The translations under genes and the position numbers were made by a program. From Chloropicon primus (taxonomy: Eukaryota), in assembly GCA_023205875.1 (NCBI GenBank), contig CP060757.1, positions 124,001-188,000 of the forward strand: 64,000 bases of DNA, given 5' to 3'. Shown here piece after piece: positions 11,592 through 23,926 of this stretch (position 1 is the stretch's first letter; each line of letters opens with the position of its first letter). The notes below the pieces were generated by a model, which saw nothing but the letters and a program-made list of their open reading frames with translations, ran no database searches and was not told the DNA's origin.

Positions 11592-12961
11592 TCACGCGCT
11601 TTCCCGCTTGTCGTTCTTCTCCAGGTCCACGGTGATCTTGCGAGACAGTGACTTTTTCTCCAGCTTCTTCATCTTTTGCAATTTCATGTAGTTGTACACC
11701 GCGACGCCCGCGCAGCAGAACACATAGCCGGCCAGATTGAGCATCGTGACGGGGGCCTGGAAGACAGAGAACGAGAACCATATCAAAAGCCAGTCCTTGA
11801 TCACGCCAGCGATGTTCATAGTGAGCGCCGATGTTTTCCCGATCAGCATGAACACAGCCAAGTTCAATGCAAAGGCGCAGAGCGCGTTCAGGAGGAGCAA
11901 GGCAGGAGGAAACTTCACCTTGCCCTCCATGAGAAGAGGAATCACTTTGCTGGATTCCAGCTGTTGCCCCGCACGCGATACACGAGAGTCAGTAACCTGG
12001 CTAGGCGTCGAGCCTCCAAAAGAAAAATAATAGAGCAGCGAGAGAGAGAGAGAGAGAGAGCTTACCTGGACCCAAGGAATAAACAGACACACAAAGCAGG
12101 CCGGCGAGATATAGTACAAGCTTTGGATTGGATTCATGGCAATCCCCTTGGACTTGATCAGAATCTGCACCAAGGTCAGCCTCGCCGCCTCGAAGCCCAG
12201 AGCGGAGAGTTGCAGGGTCAGACCCAACGGGTGCAAGTTCACTTCTCCGAAAGCGCAGACGAGAACGCCGAACGCGATGAGAACCATGTTGCACACTTGG
12301 TACATGTTCAGCTCTTCGATTTTCAGCATGATGCCACAAAAGTAGACGAGTCCGGGCATCAGCGACTTTGTCATCTGAATGAAGGACACCGACAGGTACA
12401 GATACGAGGAGTTGGAAAGCCAGAGACTCAGCGCGTACAGCAGGCCTATCGGCACCACCCTTGATGCGTAGTCCGCCATGGACAAGTTGTGCGAAGGGAC
12501 GAACTGAAGGACAAAACGCGAACAAGGAAGACGAAGAGAGAGTTGGATCAGTATATCAGTATCAGTTGTGAGCAAACTCGGACACCACTTTGGGTAAGCA
12601 GAGCAAAGCGGAGCGGAGCAGAGGACGGGGATGGAAGATATCCACGAGCCCGAGAACCAACCTTGAACACGCGGACACAGAGGAACCCGACTGTGCTGCA
12701 GAAGAACATGTGCCACAAGGTCAACGATATTGGGAACGGGAACCCCGCGTAAGCCAGCAGCCACTTATTGAACAGGATGACAGTTATGCTACCCAAGGAA
12801 TTAAAAAAAAAAAAGAGGAGAGAGGAGGAACACGTCAGTCAGACCCCACGCGAGAGAGAGTCACAACCCTCCGCATCCGAAGGGCGAAGATCAACGTCGC
12901 CTTCTCACCTTATGGACATCCACACGATGACATAACCGTAGGACTTGGCCGCTTGCGCCAT
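11592..12961 (-). CDS. Nucleotide-sugar / triose-phosphate translocator family transporter
   Basis: Exons 12961-12909, 12788-12662, 12503-12066, 11960-11592 with GT..AG. Motifs: ILFNKWLL, FPFPISLTLWHM, YLSVSFIQMTK, GKTSALTMNIAGVIKD. Confidence 0.9.
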
Positions 12962-13718
12962 CACGGCGGGTGACATGTCGCAAGGCATGTTGAGGCGAGG
13001 CGTTATCTGCTCTCGTGTCAGACACCAAAGTCCCAAGGAATGCGACCGCAAACGCACCCGCGCCCTTCCTCTTCCACGCCCCTCGCACCAGTAAAGCGCC
13101 CCCTCGCGCTGCTTCGATGAAGCGCCTCGGCGAGCGATGCACTCGACGACGAGGACGAGGATGCGGATGCACTTCAGGGGCATTGATCCCAGGGAAAGGA
13201 AACGATGGGGGCTGTGCAGGGAGGGGGGTAAGTTCTCGATGGGTGTGCGAGTCCGGAACGAGGAGGGGGACGGTGGATCGCGGCATGGATGGACACATCG
13301 TCTCGCGGTCTTTCCATAGGTGCCCTCCTCGTTGGAAACGGACGACGATCTGCTCTCCAAAATTAAATAATAGGAAAGGAAAGGAAAGACGTTACATAGA
13401 GCTCAAGCAAGGGGCTGGGGTGGGTCGGTTGGGATGTGACACGGCCATGGCGGTTCCGTCCATCGTTCATCGTGGATTCTCTTTGGCTTCGGCACGCCAC
13501 CAACTGCGGCACCAGAGAGAAAAAGAAATTGGGATTGAAAACAGGGGGGGGGGGGGGTCCGACGACGACGACGGCGGCGACGACGAGGGTGTGGGTGTGG
13601 GTGGGAAAAACTGTACTGAACTCTACAGCATTACAATCTTGAAAGGGGTAGAAAAAGAGGTCTCATGCAGGTTCTCCGACCCGAGAGAGAACAGACCTCC
13701 AGAGAGCCGTCTGCACGA

Positions 13719-16129
13719 CTAACGCTTCACGAGCCTGATGGACAGCTTGGAAGTGAACCAGTACGCGACGAAGAAGGCGGCAAAGATGCACGCCAAGAAG
13801 CCGATGCACCACCACTTGTCGTAGTCGATGAACTTCCTGGAGGAGGCGTAGTTGTCTCCCTGCGGGTAGAAGTTCAAGATGGCAGTACCGAGGTTTGCGT
13901 AGATCTGATCCAGCGTCAGGGGGTTCTCGATGAGGTTCATGATGTCCTCGTTGCACCGGAGGGTGGTGTTCAGAAGCTGGTAGTTCGGAGGATCGCCCAC
14001 AAAAGTCGAGAGCCCCGGGCAAGTCTCGGCGAAGATCTCCTGGGGAGGCAACGTGGGTATCTCCAGAAAGCCGCACACGATGTTGTTGATGTTGAGGGAG
14101 GCCGAGGAGCCCTCCAAGTTGCCCAGGCTTCCAAAGAGCCCCATGATCTCGCTGATGCTCATCGGATTTTTGACGTCCCCGCACAAGTTGACGGTAGTGT
14201 TCTCAAACTGGTTGATCATGAACGCCGCGAACCCCCACCTCATGTACGAGATGAACACGGCCCAGCCCCACCACACTGGGACCTCGGACAAGAAGCCCAT
14301 GATGGCGACGTTCAGCAGCGCGTACACGGCAACGGCCCCCGAGGACACCTCGATGGAGGGCAGGGGAGCCGCGATGGAGAGGGTGATCACAATGGCCGTC
14401 AGGCTGTACACAAAGTGGGTGAACATGAAGAAGAAGAACGCCCCCGCGGTGCGGGTCATTCCCCCGATCGCAAAGTACAAGACGGAAGAGTAACAGATGG
14501 AGGAGCAAGCGACGGCTATGGCCTCAATGCAGTAGTTGGCGCAGACGTAGCTGATCGTCCTGTAGCACCCGTCGTTGGACTCCCTGATGAACACGGGCTT
14601 GTCTATGATCAGGCCCGGGATGTAGATGACGGTGATCAGGCCAGTGATGAACACGGTGATGAAAAGCACGGCGATCACGATGATGAGGCCCTGGGGCGTG
14701 TTGGAGTTTGGCGTGGCGTAGAGCGAGTCGATCAAGAGGCCGGACACGAGCCACAAGCCAATCCTCGACGCGATGAAGAACGAGTCGGTGAACTGACTCT
14801 TGCCCTTGTAGGCGAAGATGGTCAGGAACTCCGTCATGAACCCGTTCGCGTAGAATGACCCGGTGTTCTTCAGCTTCTGCCCCCCCGCGGACTCGCCCTT
14901 CTCGTCCAAGACCGGCCTCGCGATGCCCTCCGAGATGTTGTGGTTGAGCTCGCCGATCTCCGACTCGTGGTAGTGCAGAATCAGCTCGTTGCCGCCCTGG
15001 GGGCCCTTCACGCCCCCGCTGATGATGTTCAGCACGAACTCGGCGATGTTGTCCACCTCCTCGGGGTCGTACGTGAAGCTCTGCTCCTCGAAGTAGCCCT
15101 TGAGGGCCTTCCCGGCCTCGCCAAAGTACACGATGTTCCCGCTTCGGGTGTCCACGTCCCTCGAGAGGAGGATGATCCCGTCGTAGTACGAGAAGATCTT
15201 GCCGGAGGGCTGGTGGATCGTCGTGAGGACCGTCCTTCCCTCCAGCGCGAGGTCCTTCACTGTTCCCATCACGTCCAGGGAGGTGGCGGAGTCCAGGCCC
15301 GAGGTGGGCTCGTCCAGGAACAAGATTCTGGGGTTATTGAGGAGGCCGAGGGCGATGGAGATGCGCTTGGCCTCCCCCCCGCTCACTCCCCTCGACAGGG
15401 CTCCCCCGATCTTGGTGTTCTTGCTCTTCACGAGACCCATCTGCTCGATGACCTCGTCCACGCGCGCAGACTTCTGGGCTCGGCTGTACTTGGAGGACAT
15501 CTTCAGCAGCGCCGTGTACATGATCATCTCCCTCACCGTGAAGGTGCCCCACAGAGTGTCCTGCTGCTCCACGTACCCGGTGTCCCTCCCGATCTCGCCA
15601 TGGGTGGGCTCGTGGCCGTCGAACAAGATGAGGCCGTCCACGATGCCGACGGTCTTCCTCTTGCTGATGACGTCCATGAGGGTACTCTTACCGGCTCCGC
15701 TCGAGCCCATCAGGGCAATCATGTTGCCCGGGTCCAGCGTTCCGGTGAGGGGCTCCAAGCCCCCCAAGAGGTACCTCTCCCCGCCCTTGGGCAGGGGAAT
15801 CTTGTACGTCAGGTCGTACAGAGTGATCTGTCGTCGTCGTCGTCGTCGTCGTCGTCATTGTTAGTAGTAGTTGTTGTTGTTGTTGTTGGGGAAAAGAAAC
15901 GAAGGGAGAAGAAGGAGGTCTGTCGTCAGCATAGTTGCGCGGGGGATCGCAAGGGAACTGCCCTCCCTTCTCTCTCTCTCTCTCTGTCTCTCTAGCAAGA
16001 ACGCACCTGGACTCCCGTCTTCTCCCCCTCGCCCAAGGACTTGGAGGCGAAACTCTTCGAGGGACCCAGGTTCGCCATCATGGATCCGGCCCCTTCCTCC
16101 ATCTCGTCAACTCCCGCATCCGTCGCCAT
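13719..16129 (-). CDS. ABCG half-size transporter
   Basis: Exon 1 16129-~16006, intron GTGCGT..CAG, exon 2 15827-13719. Walker A GSSGAGKST, signature VSGGEAKR, LFLDEPTSGLDS, TIHQPS, followed by an ABC2 membrane domain. Confidence 0.93.
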
Positions 16130-16641
16130 CTTCCCCGCAGGGCCTGCCATTGCACCCCAAACCTTCCGAACAACCGATGCAGAGCGTCAATCAAACACCT
16201 GAACCTGCTGCTGCGCTCAACAGTCGCCGCCGCCGTCGCCGTCGGTCCCAAACCCTATTGCCCTCTCCCGCCAACTGCAGAAGAAAAAAATCAAGGTTCT
16301 CTTTCCCCTCTCCCGCCATCTCGACCAGCCGTGTACAAATCCCGCCTTCACCGCCTCCCAAGAGCTCAAGGTCAAGAGAAAAAAAAAAATAAAAAATAAA
16401 AATAAAAATCTCAATGAGGCGTTACGTCGATGCGAAACGAAACGAAACGTAACGCTCGCCTCGGCCTCGATCTCGATCCATCCTCATCATCCTCACCCCG
16501 AGAGAGGGAGGGAGGGTTGGAGGGTTGGAGAAGCGCTTCCTTCCTTGGCTTTGCTTCCGTCGCGCGGTCGATCCTCGATCCTCCGTTCGTTCGCCGTGCA
16601 CGACAACGACGTCGAGGCCGAGCGCGAAAGGTTTAAAGGGT

Positions 16642-17876
16642 ATGACGGACTACGGCAAGTGGGACGCGTTTGTGGCGGGCTTGGCCCTCTCGTCGTCCTC
16701 GTCCGGGGAGGAGGAGGACGACGGCGACAACGACGATGCTGCGTCGCCGTCGTATGGCTGGGGGAAGCCCCTGGACGATCGGGGCCAGATCGATCGATCG
16801 GGGGAGATGACGTTCGGGAACGCCAAGGGGAACGCCCTGAGCACGAACAGGGCGCCGCAGAGGGTGAGTTCTCAATTTCGTTTTCGTTTTCAAGTACGAT
16901 GCATAGGACGATGCTGACGCGCTGTTTTTCCTTTGTCCTTTGTCCTTTGTCCTCAGACGTTTCGCATCACGGAGTGGGACTGGGACCAGTCGGACTCCGC
17001 CGCGACCCTCCGCCTGGACCTCACCAAAGCGATGAGGAGGTGCGTGTCCGACTTGACGTGCCAGCTTGACTTCAGCCAGGACATGGTCCGCGCGAGCATG
17101 ACGGAGAAGGAGGTCGAGATCAGGTGCTTCGACCAGGAGAACGCGTGGGAGCTGGTCTTCGGCCTCGAGGAACTTCCGGGCATCGACCCGAGCCGAAGCT
17201 CCTTCAAGCTGTCCAGGTCGTCCGAGGCGCGCCCCTCGCAGCGGTAAGTCGTCGTGAATTCACGCATCCGTCCACGAGCACTCATTGGAGGGGAAGCCCC
17301 AAAGAATGCGCGCTCACGCACACGCCCTTTCTCTCTGCATTCTGCATTCTATGTTCTATATTCAGAGTTGTCGTGACTCTGGCCAAGAGCCCGCACGGAA
17401 AGCGCTGGGAAGCTTGCGGGAGGGAGAAAGCTTTCGCGGGGGTCAAGTTCGACGACAAAAAGAGCACGGAGACCGTGGTGACCATTGACAAGTACAGTTG
17501 GAGCGACGGGGACCAGCACGTTACCGTGTACCTGACGATCCCCGGGGTCCACGGCGTGGACCAAGACTGCATCAAGGTGCGTCGTCGTCGACACCTCACG
17601 TCGATCTTCCTTCCGACGACCCGCTGCCTCACAACTGAAAAACCTGAAAAAAAAAATCCTCTCGCTGCTCTCTCCTCCAGGTCCGGTTCAGGGAGCTCAG
17701 CTTCGACGTGTCTTGCGTCGTGGGCGAGACTCGGTACTCGTTCGCCGTGACCGAGCTCCCCATGGAAATCGAAGTCAACAAGTGCTCGTACAAAGTCAAG
17801 GAGAACGAGGTCAGGGTAAGACTGAAGAAGTGGGCCAAGTGCACCTGGTTCAAGCTCCAGGTGCACAGAGGATGAG
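16642..17876 (+). CDS. CS (p23/HSP20-like) domain co-chaperone, CacyBP/SIP-like C-terminus
   Basis: Four exons (16642-16863, 16957-~17243, ~17367-17577, 17681-17876). Two CS-like units (ITEWDWDQSD...; IDKYSWSDGDQHVTVYL...YKVKENEVRVRLKK..W). Confidence 0.75.
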
Positions 17877-18342
17877 GAGATTCGATTCATCCGTCCGTCG
17901 GTTTGCTTTGTGTTGGAAAAAACGACGGGGAAGGAGAGCGACGCTTGACCCTGGATTGCTGGCTCGCGATGGAAGGGGCGAGGGACGGTCCAAGCAAGCC
18001 CCCCGACGTCGGGGGCAACGCAGGAAGGCAAATAATACAAACTGTTGCATCGATGCAGAGAGTAACGCATCCAGAATGTTCAAGACTCGTCCAGAATTTT
18101 CCTGAACCTTCACTTGACCCAAGTGCCAACCTCCACGGAAGAGAATGAGGAGAGTGCATGGATTGTTCGTTCGTTCATACCTCCATCCTCTGCTCCTGCG
18201 TTGTCTCACCCAATCCACGTCGTCGTGAAACAAAGCAAAACAAGCAAACGTTTTGGTTTGGTTTTGTCTCCACTGCGCTCTTGATCTCCAAGACGCCAAA
18301 AGCAAATCCCATCACATCACAAGAGAGGGAGGGGACGGTGGC

Positions 18343-18377
<35 letters not shown>

Positions 18378-18400
18378 GGTAGCGGCGAGGACGGGATACC

Positions 18401-19510
18401 ATGGGGACCACGGTGGCCGGGCACGGCTCGGACGCGGTCCCACCTTTCTTGACGAAGACGTACGACTTGGTGAACTCGGCGAGCTCGAACGATGTGGTGT
18501 CGTGGGGAGAGACGGGGAAAACTTTCATTGTGTGGAAGCCAGCGGAGTTCGCTCGAGACCTCCTTCCGAAGCACTTCAAGCACAACAACTTTTCTAGCTT
18601 CGTGAGGCAGCTGAACACGTACGGTTTCCGAAAAGTTGACCCGGACAAGTGGGAGTTCTCGAACGACAACTTTCAGAAGAAGGCCAGGCACCTGCTGAAG
18701 GATATCCACAGGAGGAAGCCGGCGAAAGCGGTCAAGGAGGAAGGTCCAGGGAAGCACGTGTCGACTGCCCTGATTGAGGTCGGGCAGTACGGCGGAGTGA
18801 CGGAGACCCTTGACCAGCTGAAGAGGGACAGGGACGTCCTCATGAAAGAGCTGGTGAACGTAAGGCAAAGGCAGCATGTCATGGAGGAACAGATGTTGCA
18901 CATGCAAAATCGGATGGAAAGGGCGGAGAACAGGCAGAGCACGGCCGAGAAGAGCCAGGCGCAGATCTACCAGCTCGTGCAGCAGGCCCTCAGCAACCCA
19001 GGGGTCCTGCACCAGATCCTCAGCAGGAAGGCTAACTACGGCATGCCGTACATCGAGAGCTCGGAAGCGATAGGAAAGAGGAAGAAGATAAGGGCGAAGA
19101 GGCCCCTTTCCACTGACCAGGGGGTGAACTACGATCTCTTCCCCCAGCACGAGCCGGAGTCGACGTCGTACAATTATTTGCCAGAGCCCACGATCCCCGC
19201 GCTGCCGCCGAGCCCCATGACGAACGCTCTCGAGACATTTTTCCCGGAGCAAAGTCCGATGAAGACCGAGGAGGTCGCCGGCGAGAATCGGGTCGGGGGC
19301 ATCAAAGAGTACGATGGGTTTGGCCCGGACCAGCTTGCGCTGGGAAAACTTAATTTGAAGCAGCCCGCGGCAGCGGAGTTGCTTCAGAACAGCAGCGGGC
19401 ACTCCTGGGGGTTTGGTTCGCAAAAGGGGGACTTGGAGGAAAATGGTGCAGAGGGCATTGACAGCTTCCTTGATTTTGGGACCGACGTTCCCACGGTGCA
19501 AGAGGAGTAG
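18401..19510 (+). CDS. HSF: Heat shock transcription factor
   Basis: [11 protein letters not shown]...[32 protein letters not shown], followed by an HR-A/B coiled coil and an NLS (KRKKIRAKR). Confidence 0.96.
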   Translation: MGTTVAGHGSDAVPPFLTKTYDLVNSASSNDVVSWGETGKTFIVWKPAEFARDLLPKHFKHNNFSSFVRQLNTYGFRKVDPDKWEFSNDNFQKKARHLLKDIHRRKPAKAVKEEGPGKHVSTALIEVGQYGGVTETLDQLKRDRDVLMKELVNVRQRQHVMEEQMLHMQNRMERAENRQSTAEKSQAQIYQLVQQALSNPGVLHQILSRKANYGMPYIESSEAIGKRKKIRAKRPLSTDQGVNYDLFPQHEPESTSYNYLPEPTIPALPPSPMTNALETFFPEQSPMKTEEVAGENRVGGIKEYDGFGPDQLALGKLNLKQPAAAELLQNSSGHSWGFGSQKGDLEENGAEGIDSFLDFGTDVPTVQEE

Positions 19511-19668
19511 AAGAGAGGCGAGGGAGGGAAACCTTGCGATGCGCCACGGGTAAAGACGACGTGGACATATATAAACATGTTTTATTTGGCGTATAGTCGT
19601 GTATATGCGTTTTTGGTTTCTCTGAGAGTCCGAAGCACTCCTCTCCCGACTTTCCGCCTCCAACTTGC

Positions 19669-20145
19669 TCAGCACTGCGGGCCCCTGCACTCGTTCCTGG
19701 GAGGGGGGCACTCCGGGTAGGGGATCATCCTTTCCGATCTCACCTTGTCAACCTTCAACTCTCTCAACTTCCCGTGGACCAGAAAGGTGATCAAAGCCTC
19801 GTCCTCCTTGAGTTCCGGGGCGTCTTCCTCCTTCTCGACCACGGATCTCCCTGGAGGTTGGGGACCTCCTCCATCTGCCAGCAGCACATGCCTTTCCTCT
19901 TCCCGATTCGCTTCGCCCTGGAAGTACGCCACGAACAAACGTTGTTTCCGCTTCTCCTGGAGCTTGGCCCACTTTCCTCTGTAGCAGCACCTTTCCATGG
20001 AAACGCTCTCGTCCACATCCTTTGCGAGCGTTACGTGAACATTGGTTCCGGATCCACCTCCCCGCACACCAGCTACCCAGCTCTGTGAGAAGACGTCCCC
20101 TATCACCACCACATTCTCTTCCACCATCTTCTCTTGGGAAGTCAA
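19669..20145 (-). CDS. Uncharacterised protein (5' end uncertain)
   Basis: 158-codon ORF with host-like codon usage, convergent with HSF; first ATG at 20127; no recognised domain. Confidence 0.4.
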   Translation of the reverse strand: MTSQEKMVEENVVVIGDVFSQSWVAGVRGGGSGTNVHVTLAKDVDESVSMERCCYRGKWAKLQEKRKQRLFVAYFQGEANREEERHVLLADGGGPQPPGRSVVEKEEDAPELKEDEALITFLVHGKLRELKVDKVRSERMIPYPECPPPRNECRGPQC

Positions 20146-20416
20146 GACGGTGGAACCCTCCTCACCAAAGGATTGTGTTCACGAAGAGGAAAGGAGAAGA
20201 ATGTTTTGTCAAGCTTGTCTTCGTGTTCCCTCACAAGTGCGCGATCCCAATGCCAGGCCTGCTTCTTGGTCGTGTGTGCCCCTCCTGGTGCTCCAAGATA
20301 GCGTCTTGTGTGGTGTGTTGTCCTGTGTCTGTCTCCCCAGAGTCACGTGACGTTGCATGAACAGTGGAGGGAGTAGGGAGGTGGGTACCTTGTGACTGTC
20401 GCAGCGGCAACCTTGA

Positions 20417-20627
20417 AGACCAGGAACAGGGGACCAGGACCAAGACCAGGAGACCAGGACCAAGGCCAGGAGACCAGGACCAAGGCCAGGAGACCAGGAA
20501 GAGGAAGGCGAAGAACCAGGACCAGGAGACCAGGACCAAGGCCAGGAGACCAGGAAGAGGAGGAAGGCGAAGGACCCGGACCAGGGGACCAGGAGAGCCA
20601 GCATCAGGAGAGCCAGGACCAGGAGCA
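20417..20627. repeat. CCAGG-rich minisatellite (unit ~ACCAGGACCAAGGCCAGGAG)
   Basis: Exact 20-bp units at 20453, 20473 and 20529, plus a larger duplication 20471-20513 / 20527-20572. Confidence 0.85.
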
Positions 20628-20703
20628 GGGGGGAAGACCAAGGGGGAGGGAGAACACGAGGAAGGCTTTATTGGTGGGGTGGGAGACAAGGGGGACGTGA
20701 AGG

Positions 20704-22196
20704 ATGGAGCAGGGCTCCCAGACCGAGGACGTCTTTGTGTTCAGTAACCAGGACGTCAAGGGGTACCTCGTTTCGCTGGATCCCCAGGAAAGGCAGCGAG
20801 TTTTCTCGACGAGCAAGGACCTCCTCAAGCGAACTCTGGAAGCGAATAGCCCAGCTCAGTGCTCCCGATGTTCCTTCACGAGTTACGCCCTGCGCCTGTT
20901 CGGCGCTCAGGACGCCTCTCCGAGCACGAGTGCATGGATGTCCCTTCCGCCAGGGAAGCTGTTAACGTTGCTAAGCCCACCAAATATTGTGAACCCATTG
21001 CAGTTCGTCTGGAAGGACGACGACCGGGTGTTTCTCGGGGATACTCTGCTTCAGGACGACAGGCTCTTCTCGTCGTTTCTCAACGACAAGCTTTCGATTC
21101 AGGCTGCAGCAGTTGCACGCGGGCGGATGAGCTTCTGTGAACACAAGTACAACGCCCCCAAGCAGAGCGAGATCGATTGTTCTTTGCGGAGGTTGACCGT
21201 GCAAGGTAAGCCCGAGAAGGAAGCACTTTGCAGGCGGCCCAATTTCATCAACTGACCCAGATCCTTCCCTTCCTGCAGAGAACCAAGCCGCTCGGTTGGA
21301 GATGTTCTGTGACCAAATCCTGCTCGACTACGTCGACGACCTCAACGCAGCGGTGTGCCCGGCCGATGGTCAGGTCAACGAGCCTGACATTGAGCTCCTG
21401 CTCAGCGAGAACACCTTGTCGCCATTGGAGTTTGAGAACAGGCTGAAAGACTTTGAGAACCAGCTCGAGGCCAAGTTTTATTCCCAAGCCGATCTGTGCA
21501 ATATCAAGAGGCAGCTGCAAGAGTGCGCGAGCCAGATTAAGAACAGGAAAAAGCGGCTGGAGACCGCTGCTGCGCGGCACATTGAAGAGGGCAGCAAATG
21601 CTTGATTCTTCTGCTCCTGAGCCTTTGTTGGCAAAGAGCGTAAGTGCAACGACATGCTTATGCGGAGCAATGCAAGGAGAGGCCCATCGTACCTGACGCG
21701 GAATTGCGCTTTTTCCTTTCTCTCTCTCTTCTTCCCGTGCAGTTTTTCAGAGTTCTTCAAGCACATTAGCAGGACGAGAGCCATGGACGACCTCTACGGC
21801 ATCGAAAGCAACAGCAAAGATGAGGACCTCAAGGCCCAACTTCATCGGGAGGAGACCAAAGCAAAGTGCCTGGGAGTCGAGCTGGAAACGCTGCAGGCCG
21901 AGGTGTCGAGCTTGGCCAGCCAAGTGAACGAGCTGGACCCGCCGTCCAAAGATCTGGATGCTATGCCCCTCTCGAGGTTGGAGGAGATCCTCTCGAGACT
22001 GGACGACTCGACGAGGAGGGTGCGATCGAAGCGAGACAGGTTGGTGGAAGATATGAGCAAGTGCGGCATCTGCTGGTTCCACAAGAAGGAAGTCGCTTTC
22101 GGGTGTGGACACCAGGTCTGCGCAGCTTGCTCACCTAAAATTGAGCAGTGCCACATCTGCCGAAAGCAGGTCGACTTGAGGGTGAGGCTCTTCTGA
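20704..22196 (+). CDS. Coiled-coil protein with C-terminal C3HC4 RING finger (putative E3 ligase)
   Basis: Exons 20704-21205, 21279-21639, 21743-22196 join in frame via GTAAG..CAG introns. Ends CGICWFHKKEVAFGCGHQVCAACSPKIEQCHICRKQVDLRVRLF. Confidence 0.82.
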
Positions 22197-22286
22197 ACTT
22201 GAGCGCACCCCTCATCTTACGACGGACGGCTGGGTGCTGAATCTTCATGTTTATGTTACAAACGGACTTGCTTAAGGCGTGACCGC

Positions 22287-23312
22287 TCACTCCCCTCGCT
22301 TGCACCTCTCGCAAGAGCAGCGAAACCTGTACAGATCAAACAGATGGTCCTTCCTTTCCTGCGGAGTTCGCGACTTCACATCCACGTACGTTATGAGGAG
22401 TTGCCCCCCCGCGGGCACGTCAGACAATGTCCGCACCAAGAGTTTGCCGCCATCGTCCATCACGACCTCGCAGTTGGGCGAGCAGGAGTGGTCAAGGAAG
22501 CTGGCGTACAAGTCGAGGCTCCACCCCAGGGTGCCGTGCTTGTCGTCGCACGGGAACCCTAGCCCGTTCGTCCTTATCCTCATCAGCAGGTCGCACAAGT
22601 CGCCGACTTCATAACCTTTTGGAAATTCCACGTGCTGCTTGAAAAGCTGCGCAAAGTTGCTGCACCAGCTCCTGAAGTCCTCCGACTGCAGCTCCTTGTT
22701 GGTCGCCAAGCAGTCCAAGAATTGGCCGGCCCTGCCGCCTCCTTCTTGGCAACGCAACTTAAATATCTCGTCGAGCTCCTTCGTGGGACTCGTGAGCCTG
22801 GACCCCGGAAGGCAGGTGGGAGGCGGGCCGTGCGTGCAGATAGAGAAAAATCGGCAGACAAACCTCAGGTAATCCGTGTCCCCTTGCCTCATCCCCCGAG
22901 GCACGCCGCAGAAGAGCTTGCACTCGTGCTCGTGCCACCTCTTCGCCTCCTCCCTGTCGCACTTTTGGCAAAGAGAAAAGCAGCCGCAGGCTTTGCAGAC
23001 CCACCTTGGGCTCGCCCCCAGCTCCCTATAGCAGGACCCGCAGTAAGTCGAACAAAAGTTCGAATACAAGATGGATAGATAGTACTCATTCGTCGCCCAC
23101 AGCACCGCCCCTTTCCCGACCTTGTCCTTGGACACCAGTCTCGACTCCCTTCCCACGGACAGCTTCGCTTTCGCCCAGACCCTTCCATTGAGCTCCTTCG
23201 CCCTCGCCTTCGCCCTCGCCTTCGCAAGCCTCTTCTTTTGGGACTTGGAAAGAGTCTCCTCCTTCACCCCCTCGTCCACCATCCCCTCCTTCCCCTCAGC
23301 AGCAGCCACCAT
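22287..23312 (-). CDS. SMYD-type SET/MYND lysine methyltransferase
   Basis: Split SET with MYND-like CGSC..CKAC..C..C..H..C, ASFLDHSCSPNC, LITYV, post-SET FRCSCERC. Confidence 0.87.
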   Translation of the reverse strand: MVAAAEGKEGMVDEGVKEETLSKSQKKRLAKARAKARAKELNGRVWAKAKLSVGRESRLVSKDKVGKGAVLWATNEYYLSILYSNFCSTYCGSCYRELGASPRWVCKACGCFSLCQKCDREEAKRWHEHECKLFCGVPRGMRQGDTDYLRFVCRFFSICTHGPPPTCLPGSRLTSPTKELDEIFKLRCQEGGGRAGQFLDCLATNKELQSEDFRSWCSNFAQLFKQHVEFPKGYEVGDLCDLLMRIRTNGLGFPCDDKHGTLGWSLDLYASFLDHSCSPNCEVVMDDGGKLLVRTLSDVPAGGQLLITYVDVKSRTPQERKDHLFDLYRFRCSCERCKRGE

Positions 23313-23509
23313 GAAGTTGTTGTCGATGAGCGATGCCAAACAAAGGGAAGAGTCAATCCATCCAACAAATCATCCATCCAACACGCCGCAAGCAGTCAGC
23401 CATGGAATGATAATGCTGATACTGATGCTGGTGGTGTGCTCTTGTGTTGGTCTCCTCCTCTCTCCTCTCTTCTCTCTCCTCTCCTCTGCTCTCTCCCTCC
23501 TCCCCGTCC

Positions 23510-23581
23510 GTCAATGCCTCACCAGAGCGCCGTTTCTCTCGAGCGAGGGCTCTTTCGAAAGAGCAAGGCAAGAAGCTTCCC
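23510..23581 (-). promoter_or_regulatory. Copy of dispersed promoter-proximal element
   Basis: 60/72 ungapped identity to 36752-36823; core also at 32547-32589, 10222-10264 and 59532-59574 in the opposite orientation. Confidence 0.6.
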
Positions 23582-23704
23582 TCTGTCCCCCCCTCTCTCC
23601 CTCTCCCTCCGCCCCCTCCTTCGTCCGCTCCTCTCTCTCTCTCTCTCCCTCTCCCTCTCCCTCTCTCTCTCTCTGGGAAGAGCGCAGTCTCTCGATCGAG
23701 CGCT

Positions 23705-23705
<1 letters not shown>

Positions 23706-23742
<37 letters not shown>
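23706..23742. repeat. (GA)n microsatellite; similar tracts at ~10044, 18346, 32099, 38980
   Basis: Direct reading; tracts are concentrated in 5' regions of genes. Confidence 0.9.
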
Positions 23743-23745
<3 letters not shown>

Positions 23746-23926
23746 GGAGAGCGTTGCGGCGGAGAGGGAGGGCGCGCGAGGAGGGAGGGGAGGTTCCAGT
23801 GGGAAGCATCTTCTTCTCCATCTCTTGGGCTTTCGTTTGGCACCTTTCTTGCGACGAGAGGCTCGCCACGGAGAAAGGGAAGCAGGGAGAGAGAGAGAGA
23901 GAGAGGAGGTTGGGATCGTCATCGTC

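Noticed and set aside
20417..20627. CRISPR-like array
   Set aside because: Repeats are contiguous low-complexity units without unique spacers; eukaryotic context and no cas genes.
23122..23926. ORFs spanning GA/CT microsatellites (RERERE/SLSLSL)
   Set aside because: Translation artefacts of promoter microsatellites.
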